Part shown: positions 1-10,800 of the stretch, one piece after another | How positions within the stretch are numbered: the first letter of the stretch is position 1 | Layout: the number at the start of each line of letters is the position of its first letter | Assembly (NCBI GenBank): GCA_018700055.1 | Contig: JABISL010000042.1 | Location: 7,298 to 71,297 of the forward strand | Source of the DNA: a bacterium | GTDB taxonomy: Bacteria; Margulisbacteria; Marinamargulisbacteria; UBA817; JABISL01 | Reading direction: 5' to 3' | DNA: 64,000 nucleotides | Made by a program: the position numbers and the translations under genes | Notes under the pieces: model-generated | Seen by the model: only the letters and a program-made list of their open reading frames with translations | Told to the model about the DNA's origin: nothing | The model's database searches: none

Positions 1-1
1 A

Positions 2-601
2 GACGCTACCTTAGCTGACTTAGTTGCTAAAGGGGCTACATGGGAAGTGGTTGATTTTGGATGTATGGATGAAGCACTTTCAGTCTATTATATTTTGGCT
101 CCTGCCGAGGCGTCTTCTAACCTAGAACGTTATGATGGCGTGCGTTACGGGCATCGTAAACCGGATGCGGCTAATCTTAATGATATGTATACGCGGACGC
201 GTGGTGAAGGCTTTGGTCCGGAAGTGAAACGCCGGATTATTTTGGGGACATATGTCCTTAGCTCTGGCTACTACGATGCTTACTATTTGAAAGCTCAGAA
301 GGTAAGAAGTTTGGTTATTAAGGCTTATCAAAAAGCATTTGAGTCGGTGGATGTGATTTTGTCTCCTACTGTCCCTTCTCTTCCCTTTAAACTGGGCGAA
401 AATTTGGAAGATCCTATTGCGATGTATTTGCAAGATATTGCGACGATTCCGGCTAATTTGGCTGGGCTTCCGGCAATATCAGTCCCTTGTGGAACGAGTT
501 CAGAAGGGCTCCCAATTGGGGTTCAGATTACCGGAAAAGCATTCGATGAGATGACTGTATTGTCCGTGGCTGATGCGATTCACGTGAAGGAGACTCTCTA
601 A
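2..601 (+). CDS. gatA: Glu-tRNA(Gln) amidotransferase subunit A, C-terminal part (5' end lies upstream of window)
   Basis: Amidase-family C-terminal region in frame from window start; stop TAA overlaps gatB ATG (TAATGG); classic gatA-gatB order. Confidence 0.8.
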   Translation, partial: DATLADLVAKGATWEVVDFGCMDEALSVYYILAPAEASSNLERYDGVRYGHRKPDAANLNDMYTRTRGEGFGPEVKRRIILGTYVLSSGYYDAYYLKAQKVRSLVIKAYQKAFESVDVILSPTVPSLPFKLGENLEDPIAMYLQDIATIPANLAGLPAISVPCGTSSEGLPIGVQITGKAFDEMTVLSVADAIHVKETL

Positions 602-2073
602 TGGCTACTCAATATGAAGTAGTGATCGGGATTGAGGTTCACGCGCAACTTAGTACGAAGACCAAGTTGTTTTGTGGTTGTTCAACCGCGTTTGGTTCTA
701 AGCCCAATACCAATGTATGTCCGGTTTGTTTGGGAATGCCAGGTGCATTACCGGTTCTAAATGAAGACTCCGTAGAGTTGGCGATTCGGTCTGGTTTGGC
801 AATGAATTGTGATATTCAAGAGATGTCAGTTTTTGCTAGAAAAAACTACTTTTACCCGGATTTGCCAAAAGGTTATCAAATCAGTCAGTTTGAATTACCG
901 ATTTGTTTGGGTGGTTCACTCGCGATTACTGTGCCCAATGCGGATGGGAGTTATGAAAAAACAATTGGGATTACACGCATTCATATGGAAGAAGATGCGG
1001 GTAAGTTAATTCATCAAGGGGCAGATGCTATTGCAGGATCAGATAGTTCATTAGCAGATTTGAATCGGGCCTGTACGCCGCTGATTGAGATTGTATCTGA
1101 GCCAGATATTCGCTCGGCAGCAGAAGCGCGGGCCTATATGGAAACCTTGGCGATGATCGTCAAATATTCGGGTGTTTGCGATGCCAATATGGAAAAAGGT
1201 AACTTGCGAGCGGATGCTAATGTTTCTCTTCGACCCGTTGGCCAAGAGGAGTTTGGTACCCGAACAGAAACCAAAAACTTAAATTCATTTAGAAGTCTCG
1301 AACGGGCTATCTTGTATGAGATTCAAAGGCAGACACATGTGCTTGAATCGGGTGGTACTATTCGTCAGCAAACATTGAATTATGATGATTCTACTGGCAA
1401 AACATCGGTCCTCAGAGACAAAGAAGATGCGCATGACTATCGGTATTTTCCTGATCCGGACTTGAAGCCCTTAATGGTTACTCAAGAGCAGATTTCTGCG
1501 ATCCGAGACACATTACCAGAACTGCCTCGCGCCAAAGAAGCGCGATACGTTGACTATGGGCTGAATGACCAAGAGATTAAGGTCTTGTTGGCTGATTTAG
1601 ACTTGAACGCGTATTTTGAAAATTGTGTTAAAGCCGTTCCAAATGCGGAGTCGATAAAAGAGATGGCGAAGTGGTTGGTAGGGGACTTTTCCGCCTTAGT
1701 AAATGCCGCTGGCGGGAGTTTTGATACGCCTGTTATTAAGCAAGATGCCTTTTTAGAACTAATTGTATTACTAAAAGACGGGACGCTTTCTGGAAAAATG
1801 GCCAAAGGGATTCTGGAGAAAATGTACCAAACGGGTAAGACTCCTAAGGCATTGCTTGAATCCAGTGGCGGTGGGCAGATATCGGATACTTCTGAACTGG
1901 ACGGTATTGTTGCTCAGATTCTCAGTGCCAATATGGATGTCGTGGCCAAGGTACAAGGTGGTAAGACTAAATCCGCGGACTTTTTGATGGGACAAGTGAT
2001 GAAAGAAACGCGAGGACGTGCCAAACCTGATTTGGTTAAACAGCTTATTATGGATCAAATCGCAGCGCTATAG
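601..2073 (+). CDS. gatB: Asp/Glu-tRNA amidotransferase subunit B
   Basis: 490 aa; GatB-typical N-terminus (MATQYEV..GIEVHAQL) and C-terminal GatB/YqeY domain; follows gatA. Confidence 0.9.
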   Translation: MATQYEVVIGIEVHAQLSTKTKLFCGCSTAFGSKPNTNVCPVCLGMPGALPVLNEDSVELAIRSGLAMNCDIQEMSVFARKNYFYPDLPKGYQISQFELPICLGGSLAITVPNADGSYEKTIGITRIHMEEDAGKLIHQGADAIAGSDSSLADLNRACTPLIEIVSEPDIRSAAEARAYMETLAMIVKYSGVCDANMEKGNLRADANVSLRPVGQEEFGTRTETKNLNSFRSLERAILYEIQRQTHVLESGGTIRQQTLNYDDSTGKTSVLRDKEDAHDYRYFPDPDLKPLMVTQEQISAIRDTLPELPRAKEARYVDYGLNDQEIKVLLADLDLNAYFENCVKAVPNAESIKEMAKWLVGDFSALVNAAGGSFDTPVIKQDAFLELIVLLKDGTLSGKMAKGILEKMYQTGKTPKALLESSGGGQISDTSELDGIVAQILSANMDVVAKVQGGKTKSADFLMGQVMKETRGRAKPDLVKQLIMDQIAAL

Positions 2074-2076
2074 GCG

Positions 2077-2367
2077 ATGAAAAAGACCCAGAATCGATTC
2101 TTATTTCGATATGCTGTAATGGCGATATGGGTGACTACTTTTTCAATACTTGGTCTTTTTTATAATATTCGAATGGTAGAAATCAATAAACAGCTTCAGA
2201 GTACTGTAGAAAAACTGCAGGTCTTGGAAGAATTGAATAGAGAGTTAGAGCTGAGCCTGTTATCTCAAACACGTTTGGAAAAAATTGAGGAAAAGGCAAT
2301 CTCGACTTTGGGAATGAAGGCCCCGAGACGAGTGATGTACTTTGTGCCGGATGAATCCAATGACTAA
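2077..2367 (+). CDS. FtsL/FtsB-like cell division protein (short N-tail, one TM helix, coiled coil)
   Basis: 96 aa, topology typical of FtsL; immediately upstream of and overlapping PBP3 gene. Confidence 0.5.
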   Translation: MKKTQNRFLFRYAVMAIWVTTFSILGLFYNIRMVEINKQLQSTVEKLQVLEELNRELELSLLSQTRLEKIEEKAISTLGMKAPRRVMYFVPDESND

Positions 2368-4108
2368 GCGGCTATCCCCCCGGTTTTTTATTATTTTATT
2401 AACCTGTTATTTAGTGGTGGGGTTGTTTGCGGTCAGGCTTTTTTATTTGCAGGTGCTACGACATGATTTTTTTGTACAGAAGTCGGAGAGACAGGTTCAA
2501 AAAATCATCAAAATTCAATCCCACAGAGGCGTTATTTATGATAGAAATAAACGTCCATTAGCGCTAAGTAAGAAAGCGTATTCTATTTATGCGGTTCCGC
2601 CTAAAATTGAAGATGCTAAGCAGTTTGCTAAGGCAGTGTCTTCGGTACTGAAGTTGCCTAAGGGTAAGATGTTTAAGAGTATCAATACTAGTTATCCCTT
2701 TGTTTGGTTAAGACGCAAAGTGGATCGAGAAATGATGGAGGCCGTAACTGAGTTGGAATTGGAAGGGCTCCATGTGATTAACGAGGAGAAACGGGTCTAT
2801 CCCAAAGTCTCATTGGGGGGCGATGTCTTGGGGTTTGTGGGAATGGATGGGGGATTGGGCGGTTTGGAGTATCAGTATGATACTTTTTTGAAAGGGTCTT
2901 CTGCCAAGATTATTGTAGAGGGTGACCCGAGAGGTTACCCGATTATATCTGGGTCTCGTGATGTTCAAGGAACGCCGACGGGGTTTCGATTGGGGATTAA
3001 ACGGTTTGAGCCGATGTCCTTTGATGGGGGACATGTCTATGTCACTCTTGATGAGCGCATTCAATATGCGGCTGAGAAGGCCCTTAGGGAAGGTGTTGAG
3101 CGGATGGAGGCTCAGAGTGGGGTTGCGATAGTTATGGATCCGCATTCAGGCGAAATATTGGCGATGGCGGATTATCCTCAATTTGATCCCAATCGGTTTT
3201 ATAAAGCCAAGGATAAAGTTCGTAAAAACTCAGCAGTGGTAGATGTGTTTGAGCCGGGATCGGTATTCAAGGTTTTTTTGATGGCTTCCGCTTTGGAAGA
3301 AGGGATCGTTACGCCAGGAACAGTCATTCGTGTGCCGGAAGAGCTACAGCTTTTTAATCGAACGATTAGTGAAGCACATCGACGTAAGCCAGGGGAGTCA
3401 GATCGCAAGACGGCGACAGATATATTAGTTGAATCCTTAAATGTTGGGACAACGATGATTGCTACCCAATTGGGAGAGGCTAAGTATTATAAATATCTCA
3501 GAGGGTTTGGGTTTGGTCAGCGGACTGGGATTGCCTTACCGGGTGAATCTCAGGGCTTGTTACGTCATCCCAGAGATTGGTCTGCCGTGGATATTGGGAT
3601 GATGTCGTTTGGTCAGGGTGTGGCTGTAACCACGCTGCAGTTGGCAACTGCAGTGTCAGTAGTTGCCAATGGTGGGATGCTAGTTCGTCCCCGGATTGTT
3701 CAGTATCTAACCGATCATGAGAGCGTGACTGTAAAGGCAACGCCGAAGACGTCTGTGCGGCGTGTTATTAGTGAAAAAACAGCCCGTCAGGTCCGTGAAA
3801 TGATGGGTGATGTCGTGACGCATGGAACAGGGACCCCCGCACGTATTAGAGGCTATTCACTAGGTGGAAAAACGGGGACGGCTCAAAAGGCAGCACCCGG
3901 TGGGCTGGGGTATCTAAAGAATGACTATGTGGCCTCTTTTATTAGTGTTTTTCCCTTGCATGACCCACAAGTGGTTATTGTTGTGGCTATTGATACCCCT
4001 CGCAAATCTATTTGGGGATCGACTGTGGCTGCGCCAGTAGTGCGGCAAATTGCGAAGACAATAATAGAAACTCATAATATTCCACCAGATGAATTGAGAC
4101 TGCCGTAG
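2342..4108 (+). CDS. ftsI: Penicillin-binding protein 3 / peptidoglycan D,D-transpeptidase FtsI
   Basis: 588 aa; N-terminal TM anchor, dimerization domain, transpeptidase motifs SVFK (SxxK), SLN (SxN), KTGT; true start may be an internal Met (MNPMTKR or MTKR). Confidence 0.85.
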   Translation: MCRMNPMTKRLSPRFFIILLTCYLVVGLFAVRLFYLQVLRHDFFVQKSERQVQKIIKIQSHRGVIYDRNKRPLALSKKAYSIYAVPPKIEDAKQFAKAVSSVLKLPKGKMFKSINTSYPFVWLRRKVDREMMEAVTELELEGLHVINEEKRVYPKVSLGGDVLGFVGMDGGLGGLEYQYDTFLKGSSAKIIVEGDPRGYPIISGSRDVQGTPTGFRLGIKRFEPMSFDGGHVYVTLDERIQYAAEKALREGVERMEAQSGVAIVMDPHSGEILAMADYPQFDPNRFYKAKDKVRKNSAVVDVFEPGSVFKVFLMASALEEGIVTPGTVIRVPEELQLFNRTISEAHRRKPGESDRKTATDILVESLNVGTTMIATQLGEAKYYKYLRGFGFGQRTGIALPGESQGLLRHPRDWSAVDIGMMSFGQGVAVTTLQLATAVSVVANGGMLVRPRIVQYLTDHESVTVKATPKTSVRRVISEKTARQVREMMGDVVTHGTGTPARIRGYSLGGKTGTAQKAAPGGLGYLKNDYVASFISVFPLHDPQVVIVVAIDTPRKSIWGSTVAAPVVRQIAKTIIETHNIPPDELRLP

Positions 4109-4119
4109 CTGCCTGTTGG

Positions 4120-4866
4120 TTGAGTGATATAATGCACACTATGGAAATCCAAGTACGAGATATCATTAAGCAGATGGATGAGTGGGCGCCGCAAGAGTTG
4201 GCGGCGGCTTGGGATAATGTGGGCTTGCAGATCGGGGATGTTGAGTGGCCGGTTAAGTCTGTTTTGGTAGCTTTGGACGTGGATGCGGCTTGTTTGGAAC
4301 AGGTGGCTTCGAACAAATATGACTTAGTGATTACCCATCATCCGTTGTTTTTTAACTCGATTCGTTCGATTGATCTTCGGACTGATATCGGACGGATTGT
4401 TTGGACATTTATTAAGTCGAATACAGCATTGTTTTCGGCACATACTAATCTAGATGTTGTGCCTGATGGCGTGAACGATACATTGTGCAAGGCTTATGGA
4501 TTTGAACCCAAGACTGGCGAGGCCTTTGATAAAGGATTCGGTAAGTGGTTTGAGTGTTCAGAACGACGGTTGTCTGATTTGGAGTCTATTATGCCGTGTC
4601 GTGTGGCAGGTGCTAAGACGATTGATAATATAAACCGAGTCGGGTTTTGTGGGGGAAGCGGGAAGTCGATTATTCAAGAGTTACCAAACAAAGGAATTAA
4701 CGTCTTTATCACTGGTGAAGTGGGATATCACGACGAAGTGTTCTGTGAATTGAATGGGATTGTCTTGATATTACTAGGACACAAGGAATCTGAGGATCCG
4801 GTTCTTCCGGTCATTAAAGAGCGACTATTAGCTCAATTTCCAGGAATCCAGATCGACGTTATTTAG
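4120..4866 (+). CDS. Nif3-family dinuclear metal center protein (GTP cyclohydrolase 1 type 2 homolog)
   Basis: 248 aa; Nif3-like N-terminus (..IIKQMDEWAP..LAAAWDNVGLQIG) and His-rich metal-site residues; start codon choice uncertain. Confidence 0.65.
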   Translation: MSDIMHTMEIQVRDIIKQMDEWAPQELAAAWDNVGLQIGDVEWPVKSVLVALDVDAACLEQVASNKYDLVITHHPLFFNSIRSIDLRTDIGRIVWTFIKSNTALFSAHTNLDVVPDGVNDTLCKAYGFEPKTGEAFDKGFGKWFECSERRLSDLESIMPCRVAGAKTIDNINRVGFCGGSGKSIIQELPNKGINVFITGEVGYHDEVFCELNGIVLILLGHKESEDPVLPVIKERLLAQFPGIQIDVI

Positions 4867-5824
4867 TCAGATTACTTAGTGGAGAAACGTCCGTATTATC
4901 CGCAACCGTTGCGTTTGTGATTACGGAATTGGCGCCAATGGTGCACCCAGATCCAATGGTAGTCGTGCCAGTGATTATGGTGCCGGGATTGATGATCGTA
5001 TCTTGGCCAATTGTTACATCGGATTCAATATAAGTATTAGTAGGATCAATAATTGATACGCCATTTACCATGTGTATGTGATTGTTTTTTTGATAGAGGA
5101 CCTGATTGCATTTGGCGAGGTCCATTCGGGTATTGATTCCAATGACTTCGTCGGGATTTGGGGTGCAATAAGACCGAATGAATTCGCCTTCATCTTTTAG
5201 GATTTGGATTACGTCTGTTAGGTAATATTCTTTTTGCTTATTGTTGGTAGTAATTTTGGATAGCGCACTGATTAGCAAATCACGTTTGAAGCAATAGACG
5301 CCGGAGTTGATTTCTTTAATGAGGAGTTCTTTTTCTGAGCAGTCTTTGGCTTCTCGAATAGCGGTTACATTTTTTGCTTTGTCATGAAGAATTCTTCCGT
5401 AACTGGCAGGTTCATTTAAGCAGGTGGTAAGAATAGTGCCTGCTGCACCAGAGTCACTATGAGCAGTAAGAAGGGTTTTGAGAGTGTCATCTTCTATTAG
5501 TGGACAGTCGCCAGCCAAGATAATGATATGGTCAGCAGATTGGTCGTTGATATGCGGAATGACCTGCATCACGGCGTGACCTGTCCCCAACTGTTCCAAT
5601 TGTGAAACATAAGTGATGTTGGCGTGAGGCGTCATGGCTTGGAGTCGATCGGCTTGATGACCAACAATGAGATAGGTTTTAGTTGCTTGGAGTCGTTGAA
5701 CTGCTTCAATGACGTAATGTACAACAGGTTTTCCTGCGACATTATGGGCCACTTTTACAATATCGGACTTCATCCGAGTCCCTTTTCCTGCTGCGAGAAT
5801 AATTGCGTCAAATGAAAGAGTCAT
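4859..5824 (-). CDS. GlmU-like sugar-1-phosphate uridylyltransferase with only a short C-terminal hexapeptide segment
   Basis: 321 aa; N-terminus ILAAGKGTRMKSD matches GlmU uridyltransferase signature; C-terminal left-handed beta-helix repeats truncated relative to full GlmU; 8-nt tail-to-tail overlap with nif3-like gene. Confidence 0.6.
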   Translation of the reverse strand: MTLSFDAIILAAGKGTRMKSDIVKVAHNVAGKPVVHYVIEAVQRLQATKTYLIVGHQADRLQAMTPHANITYVSQLEQLGTGHAVMQVIPHINDQSADHIIILAGDCPLIEDDTLKTLLTAHSDSGAAGTILTTCLNEPASYGRILHDKAKNVTAIREAKDCSEKELLIKEINSGVYCFKRDLLISALSKITTNNKQKEYYLTDVIQILKDEGEFIRSYCTPNPDEVIGINTRMDLAKCNQVLYQKNNHIHMVNGVSIIDPTNTYIESDVTIGQDTIINPGTIITGTTTIGSGCTIGANSVITNATVADNTDVSPLSNLTK

Positions 5825-5913
5825 GATCGTGAGTATATCATATTATTTCTTGTTTATTCGAGGTAGAAATGATAAAATAAATACGTTTTTAGACCAAAAT
5901 TATGGAGGCCTTC

Positions 5914-7481
<1,568 letters not shown>

Positions 7482-7523
7482 GTAAGGCTGCCATAAATTT
7501 TGGCATCTGATCTATTTTAGTCA

Positions 7524-7568
7524 CCGTTTTTGTCCTCGAGCTATAGTAATAGCCCTGCGGAAAAACGG
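7524..7568 (+). repeat. Copy 1 of a conserved structured element. Core is TGTCCTCGAG-CTATagtaATAG-CCCTGCGG. Flanking arms CCGTTTTT / AAAAACGG are complementary
   Basis: 30-nt core identical to copy 2 (about 13169-13198) and near-identical to copy 3 (about 19856-19885); inner hairpin GCUAU-AGUA-AUAGC; about 45 nt after gap stop. Confidence 0.6.
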
Positions 7569-7649
7569 CAGCTAGAAATAGTCCAGCTACTCAAAATTTA
7601 AAGGCAGGTAGGGGGAGGGGGAAATTAAGAATATAACGAGAAAAATATA

Positions 7650-7688
7650 ACCGCGCCTAGAACTTAGTGTTTTGGGTGCGGTTTTTAT
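7650..7688 (+). terminator. Rho-independent terminator-like hairpin plus T-run between convergent gap and lspA
   Basis: ACCGCGCC..GGGTGCGGT stem followed by TTTTTATTT; overlaps lspA stop. Confidence 0.45.
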
Positions 7689-8134
7689 TTGTTCTGTTTC
7701 AGTGATTGGATCGTATCAACAAGGTAACAAGCTACGGCGATGTTGATGGCGATGTCAGCAATGTTGAAGACGGGGAATATATGGATGTTGATGAAGTCGG
7801 TTACGACTCCGTATTGGAACCGGTCGATGAAGTTGCCAAGTGCGCCAATGATTAAGAAGATCGTGCCATATGTTTGCCACTCGGTTTCGGTGAGATACTC
7901 CCAGAAGAAGGCGATGGCGAATAGGACGGTTAGACTGATGATTAAGAGTGGGAACTGTTGCCCGGCGAATATGCCGTACGCAGCACCAGGGTTAAAGACT
8001 AACTGGAACTTGAGTAGTGGGGTGAAAGGTATCCCAGGAGAGTTGTATAGGACACTCCGTGCGATCCATTTAGTCAGTTGATCAAAGCCAACGCCAGTAG
8101 ATATTAAGGCAATTGGTCGGAGCCAATTAGGCAT
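7685..8134 (-). CDS. lspA: Lipoprotein signal peptidase II
   Basis: 149 aa; LspA motifs (FDQLTK, NPGAAYG, FNIADIAI); N-terminal TM helix appears short, start uncertain. Confidence 0.75.
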   Translation of the reverse strand: MPNWLRPIALISTGVGFDQLTKWIARSVLYNSPGIPFTPLLKFQLVFNPGAAYGIFAGQQFPLLIISLTVLFAIAFFWEYLTETEWQTYGTIFLIIGALGNFIDRFQYGVVTDFINIHIFPVFNIADIAINIAVACYLVDTIQSLKQNK

Positions 8135-8525
8135 TAAGTAATAACCGAACCAAAGCGCCTAAGAATACAGTATCTCTTAGGAAGTAAGTTAGTAAGAAGA
8201 GGATGAAGAGAAATCCTAAGAAGAACCCTGCGCCTCGGAAGAATCCAATTACAAAGTTAACCGTAAGGAGACGTTGCGGGTGAGCTAATAGTACCAAAAA
8301 CTCGTCGAATTGAGATTTTTGGAATACCGATAAAAGGACTTTGACGTTGTCATTAAAAAGATCGATTTCGCTCATGTTTCTGGCCAGTTGATCTTCGATA
8401 TCTTCGGGACGAAAATCACCAAGTACTTGGTGATCATAACGTTCTTTTGCCGCTAATGCTTCATCGGTAAGCATATGGGTTTGAGAAGAAATCGCTTCTA
8501 TTTTGGCTTGGAGATCGTCTGTCAT
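8127..8525 (-). CDS. Hypothetical protein with C-terminal hydrophobic segment
   Basis: 132 aa ORF between pgk and lspA in the same orientation, overlapping both by a few nt; no recognizable motif. Confidence 0.4.
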   Translation of the reverse strand: MTDDLQAKIEAISSQTHMLTDEALAAKERYDHQVLGDFRPEDIEDQLARNMSEIDLFNDNVKVLLSVFQKSQFDEFLVLLAHPQRLLTVNFVIGFFRGAGFFLGFLFILFLLTYFLRDTVFLGALVRLLLNA

Positions 8526-9742
8526 TATCGATCCTTGAGTACGGCCACGCCGGGGAGCTCTTGGCCTTCTAAATAAGATAACGAAGCACCGCCGCCAGTA
8601 GATATATGACTCATTCCGTCAGCTACACCGGCCTTGTTAACTGCGGCTACAGAATCACCACCACCTACAATGCTAATGGCATTGGATGCTTCGAGTGCCT
8701 TGGCGACTGCGATAGTTCCTTTTGCAAATGCGTCCATTTCAAATACGCCCAAAGGCCCGTTCCAGATGACTGTCCCTGCAGCCTCAATGACTTGGCAAAG
8801 TGCTTTGACAGCTTGAGGTCCTGCATCGAGCCCCATTTCATCCGATTGAATATCAGTTGAAGGTGCCAAACGTGTCTCCGCATCTGCGGCGAATTTTTTG
8901 ACTAGGACTTGGTCCTCAGGAAGAATAAGTGTAGTCGATGATTGAGCAATAGTGTCTAAGAAAAGCTTGGCTTCATTTAAGAAGGAATCTTCTACCATAG
9001 AGGTTCCCACTTCGTTGCCTTGAGCTTTTAATAAGGTGAAGCTCATAGCGCCACCTACAAAGAGTGTATCTACCTTGCCAATTAATTGGCGAAGGACAGC
9101 AAATTTACTAGAGATCTTAGATCCGCCAATGATGGCTAAGAACGGTCGCTTAGGTGATTCAAGTGCCGCGCCAAGGTAATGGAGTTCTTTTTCTACTAAT
9201 AGTCCTGCATAAGCCGGGATCAATGTGCCGATACCTTGTGTAGAGGAATGGGCGCGATGTGCGGTTCCGAATGCATCTTGAACAAAGATGTCTGCCAAAG
9301 CAGCGAAGGATTTGGTTAATTCAGTGCCATTATTGGTTTCGTCTGATTCAAACCGAACATTTTCTAGAAGGATTACATTACCTGGATTGAGATTGTTTAC
9401 AGCTTCTGTAACAGCGGGGCCAACAACATCTGAAGTGGATTGAACGGGGTGACCCAATAATTCACTGAGACGTTGGGCAACAGGCGTTAGTCTTAATGAG
9501 TCATCAATGGTTCCATTTGGGCGACCTAAATGAGAAGCCAAAATAACCTTCGCGCCACGACTACTTAGATACTGGATTGTTGGGATTGATGCTTGGATTC
9601 GAGAATCGTCAGTAATAATTCCATCTTGTAGGGGAACATTTAGATCTGCTCGAACAAAAACACGTTTACCGTCCCAAGTTGAATCAGGAAGGTCTCGAAT
9701 TGTTAATTTGTCTATAAGAGGTGTAGTCATCGTAGTGTCCAT
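8525..9742 (-). CDS. pgk: Phosphoglycerate kinase
   Basis: 405 aa; PGK N- and C-domain signatures. Confidence 0.9.
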   Translation of the reverse strand: MDTTMTTPLIDKLTIRDLPDSTWDGKRVFVRADLNVPLQDGIITDDSRIQASIPTIQYLSSRGAKVILASHLGRPNGTIDDSLRLTPVAQRLSELLGHPVQSTSDVVGPAVTEAVNNLNPGNVILLENVRFESDETNNGTELTKSFAALADIFVQDAFGTAHRAHSSTQGIGTLIPAYAGLLVEKELHYLGAALESPKRPFLAIIGGSKISSKFAVLRQLIGKVDTLFVGGAMSFTLLKAQGNEVGTSMVEDSFLNEAKLFLDTIAQSSTTLILPEDQVLVKKFAADAETRLAPSTDIQSDEMGLDAGPQAVKALCQVIEAAGTVIWNGPLGVFEMDAFAKGTIAVAKALEASNAISIVGGGDSVAAVNKAGVADGMSHISTGGGASLSYLEGQELPGVAVLKDR

Positions 9743-9825
9743 TTGAGTGCATAATTATATCAAAATTAGGGGTCAGGCACTAGGGGGCAGAGCTAGGCTC
9801 GGCTGCAGGTGTTATTACTGCTACA

Positions 9826-10746
9826 ATGTGCGTTATGGAATTTATAGTAGACGAAGACCAAGTAGGATTGCGATTGGACGTGGCGGTAAGTCAGGTGTCA
9901 GGTGTTGCCCGTGGAAAGGTCCAAATAGCCATCAAGTCTGGTAGTGTGACTGTTAATGGAAAAGTATTAAAAGTCGCGTATCGATTGTCTAAGGACGATA
10001 CTGTATCAGGCGATATTCCGCTTGAGCCGATCTTAGAGGTGGATACTGAAGAAGGTGCTGAGCCAGTGAGAGCCTTAACTAAGGCAGATCTTACGATTGT
10101 TCATGAAGATCGTCAGATTTTGGTTATTAACAAACCTTCAGGGATGATATGTCATCCCGGGACACGAGCGGAATTGGGAATTCTTACCGAAGCGCTTGTG
10201 GACCATAATAAGGGTATTGCCAAAATCGGACAGTCAGGCCGACCAGGGATTGTTCATCGATTGGATAAACATACTGAAGGACTGATGGTCGTGGCTAAGA
10301 CAAAAGCGGCGTATGAGAGTTTGGTGAGCCAGTTTAGAGAACGTACTGTAGATAAAATGTATTATGCCGTAGTTCAAGGGAACATTGAAGATGATGGTCT
10401 TGATATCGATAGGCCAATTGGGCGTCATAGTAAGATGCGGTTACGTCGGGCTTGTGGTCAGTCTGATCCATCGACACTCAAAGAAGCCTTTACTCAAGTT
10501 ACTGTTATCAAACGGTATATTACAAAAACTTTAGTGGAGTGCCGTCCCAAAACCGGTCGAACACATCAAATTCGAGTTCATTTAAGTGATATCGGCCATC
10601 CAGTTGTGGGCGACCCACTCTATGGTCCTAGGTCGCGTAGACAAGAAGAAGGGCAGTTGTTGCAAGCGGCATATTTGGCTTTTGATCACCCTAAAACAGG
10701 GGAACGCGTTACCTATGAGTTGCCAATGTCGGAACGGTTAACCTAG
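9826..10746 (+). CDS. rluD: RluA/RluD-family 23S rRNA pseudouridine synthase
   Basis: 306 aa; N-terminal S4-like domain, catalytic HRLD motif; start may be the second ATG (MEFIV). Confidence 0.8.
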   Translation: MCVMEFIVDEDQVGLRLDVAVSQVSGVARGKVQIAIKSGSVTVNGKVLKVAYRLSKDDTVSGDIPLEPILEVDTEEGAEPVRALTKADLTIVHEDRQILVINKPSGMICHPGTRAELGILTEALVDHNKGIAKIGQSGRPGIVHRLDKHTEGLMVVAKTKAAYESLVSQFRERTVDKMYYAVVQGNIEDDGLDIDRPIGRHSKMRLRRACGQSDPSTLKEAFTQVTVIKRYITKTLVECRPKTGRTHQIRVHLSDIGHPVVGDPLYGPRSRRQEEGQLLQAAYLAFDHPKTGERVTYELPMSERLT

Positions 10747-10800
10747 AAACTGACTAATAACTTTGCCTTTTGTGACTTAGATTGAGTACACTGGTAGGGT

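Noticed and set aside
8127-8134. Possibility that lspA and the upstream 132-aa ORF are one frameshifted gene
   Set aside because: The upstream ORF N-terminus (charged, about 95 aa soluble) has no LspA similarity. The in-frame region upstream of the lspA ATG hits a stop after 8 codons. They are treated as two genes, with lspA having a short first TM helix.
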